Positions 62,891 to 64,000 of a stretch of 64,000 bases of DNA are shown one piece after another. The notes below the pieces were generated by a model, which did not search any database, was not told where the DNA came from, and worked only from the letters and a program-made list of their open reading frames with translations. The stretch's first letter is position 1. Each line of letters starts with the position of its first letter. The stretch is from Candidatus Bathyarchaeota archaeon (GTDB lineage: Archaea; Thermoproteota; Bathyarchaeia; Bathyarchaeales; Bathycorpusculaceae), in the NCBI GenBank assembly GCA_963767735.1, contig CAVYES010000006.1:256001-320000 (forward strand), in the 5' to 3' direction. Both the position numbers and the translations under genes were made by a program.

Positions 62891-63301
62891 TTAAGTGATT
62901 ATTCGTATCTTCCTTTTTGTAATAATAACGAGTTTGTTTTGTATTACTTTCAGATTTATTTTGTTTTGAGCTAAATTTAATATTTCAATAATGTTGATTG
63001 ATGTTGGAGGATTTGCTTTTATGATTATAACCGTGAGTGAAGTGCCTTTTTGAAAGGTCCGATAGAGTTGGGCAAACCCTTTGTCTAACGTGATGATTGA
63101 CATTTTGTTTTTTACGGCGTATTCTGCTATGACTCGGTCTTTGGCGCTTTTAAGAAGCAGTTTCGAGACGTTTACTGTTTCAAAACCTTTCTTAGATAAC
63201 CATTCCTCAACATCCTTTGGGATATTTTCATCAACTATCATCTTAGCCAAAGGATGCGCAGCTCTTTTTAGATCACTATTGTTTCTTCGTTTTGTAAGCA
63301 T
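62891..63301 (-). CDS. DUF5615 PIN-like toxin (VapC45-type; true start about 63250)
   Basis: IVDENIP, KD..I and IITLDKGF. Confidence 0.88.
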   Translation of the reverse strand: MLTKRRNNSDLKRAAHPLAKMIVDENIPKDVEEWLSKKGFETVNVSKLLLKSAKDRVIAEYAVKNKMSIITLDKGFAQLYRTFQKGTSLTVIIIKANPPTSINIIEILNLAQNKINLKVIQNKLVIITKRKIRIIT

Positions 63302-63495
63302 TTCGAAGCATAAGTGAGCGCAGCTTTGATATCTTCTTTTTTCAGAGTTGGATATTGCCTTAATATTTCTTTTTCAGTCATGCCATTGGCTAGAAGTTCG
63401 ATGATAAGATAAACTGGAATACGAGTTCCTCTAATAACGGGTTTGCCAGAAAGAACTTCTGGGTCTATCATTATCCTATCCATGGGCTCTTCCAT
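63268..63495 (-). CDS. DUF433 antitoxin
   Basis: IMIDPEVLSGKPVIRGTRIPV..YPTL..EDIKAAL.YA. Confidence 0.93.
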   Translation of the reverse strand: MEEPMDRIMIDPEVLSGKPVIRGTRIPVYLIIELLANGMTEKEILRQYPTLKKEDIKAALTYASKCLQNEETIVI

Positions 63496-63682
63496 CTGAA
63501 CTCACAACTGAAATCACATTAACTAATATCAATACAAATTATTAATTAGGTATATTACAATTGCCCCAAGTCAACTATCCAAAAAACGTTCAGGAAATCG
63601 CCACCACGGTAGCTCTAATGGTTGCAGCACAATCCTTCACATATCCTCTTCAAAGAGCTGCTTTGGAGAGGAATTTTGGCGA

Positions 63683-64000
63683 TCAGAGGTTTTCTGGTCC
63701 GAACGGTGATTCGTCGGCTACTGAAGCCAAAATCTGGCCCGCGTACTCCTCTTGCTCTTCGGTTCCGCTAACCGCCAGCCAAACGCAGCCTTCGGCGCCG
63801 CATACCCCTCCTGCAGCAACCAACTCAACGCAGGCGCCAGTTAAAGCCGCTAATGCGTCCAGCTCCGTGAAAACCTCTCCTGGAACCGGTAGCAAACGGT
63901 TTCCGCAAGCGCCAGGTGCATTGAGCTTCTGGGCCAAAGCATACAAATCGCCGTCCACCCGCTTCTCCACACCCACAGGTATAATGAGTTTAACTCGGCG
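63683..64000 (-). CDS. Conserved hypothetical protein, 3' part (continues beyond window)
   Basis: Frame is open to the window edge: RRVKLIIPVGVEK..FTELDAL..AAGGVCGAEG..; visibly more GC-rich than the island. Confidence 0.75.
   Translation of the reverse strand, partial: RRVKLIIPVGVEKRVDGDLYALAQKLNAPGACGNRLLPVPGEVFTELDALAALTGACVELVAAGGVCGAEGCVWLAVSGTEEQEEYAGQILASVADESPFGPENL

Noticed and set aside
478-63317. Numerous antisense and nested ORFs in the track (e.g. 7684-8256, 11947-12417, 25998-26588)
   Set aside because: Shadow frames of well-supported genes

Overview
Archaeal chromosomal segment, most likely Bathyarchaeia/TACK. This is inferred from PolB1, Tes, CarS, AglB/AglH, an OST3/6-like gene, RadB, the thermosome and T-rich terminators. 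Positions 1-48 kb are mostly core genes: lipid and glycosylation genes (epimerase, UbiA/DGGGPS, tetraether synthase, GT2, GT4), a cobamide nucleotide-loop cluster (cobZ, DUF71, cobT, cobS, cobY), EndoIV, an ECF module, DHH, prefoldin beta, Sua5, thermosome, ThyA, two MoeA, SpeB, a decayed ABC exporter, RsmB/NOP2, PolB1, AglH/AglB, TopA, CarS, RadB, Clp1, XPD and Nth. Many essential genes carry single 1-nt frameshifts, most likely assembly errors. Positions 48.3-63.7 kb form an accessory island rich in toxin-antitoxin-like pairs. The most unexpected signal is that the 3' end of the last gene (63683-64000) is repeated in decayed form at about 62.6 kb and probably at about 59.3 kb. These copies bracket successive TA-like cassettes, as expected for serial integration into that gene's 3' end. 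Four unlisted small ORFs and a candidate structured RNA (58959-59148) were also found. No tRNA, rRNA, CRISPR array, integrase or transposase was recognised.
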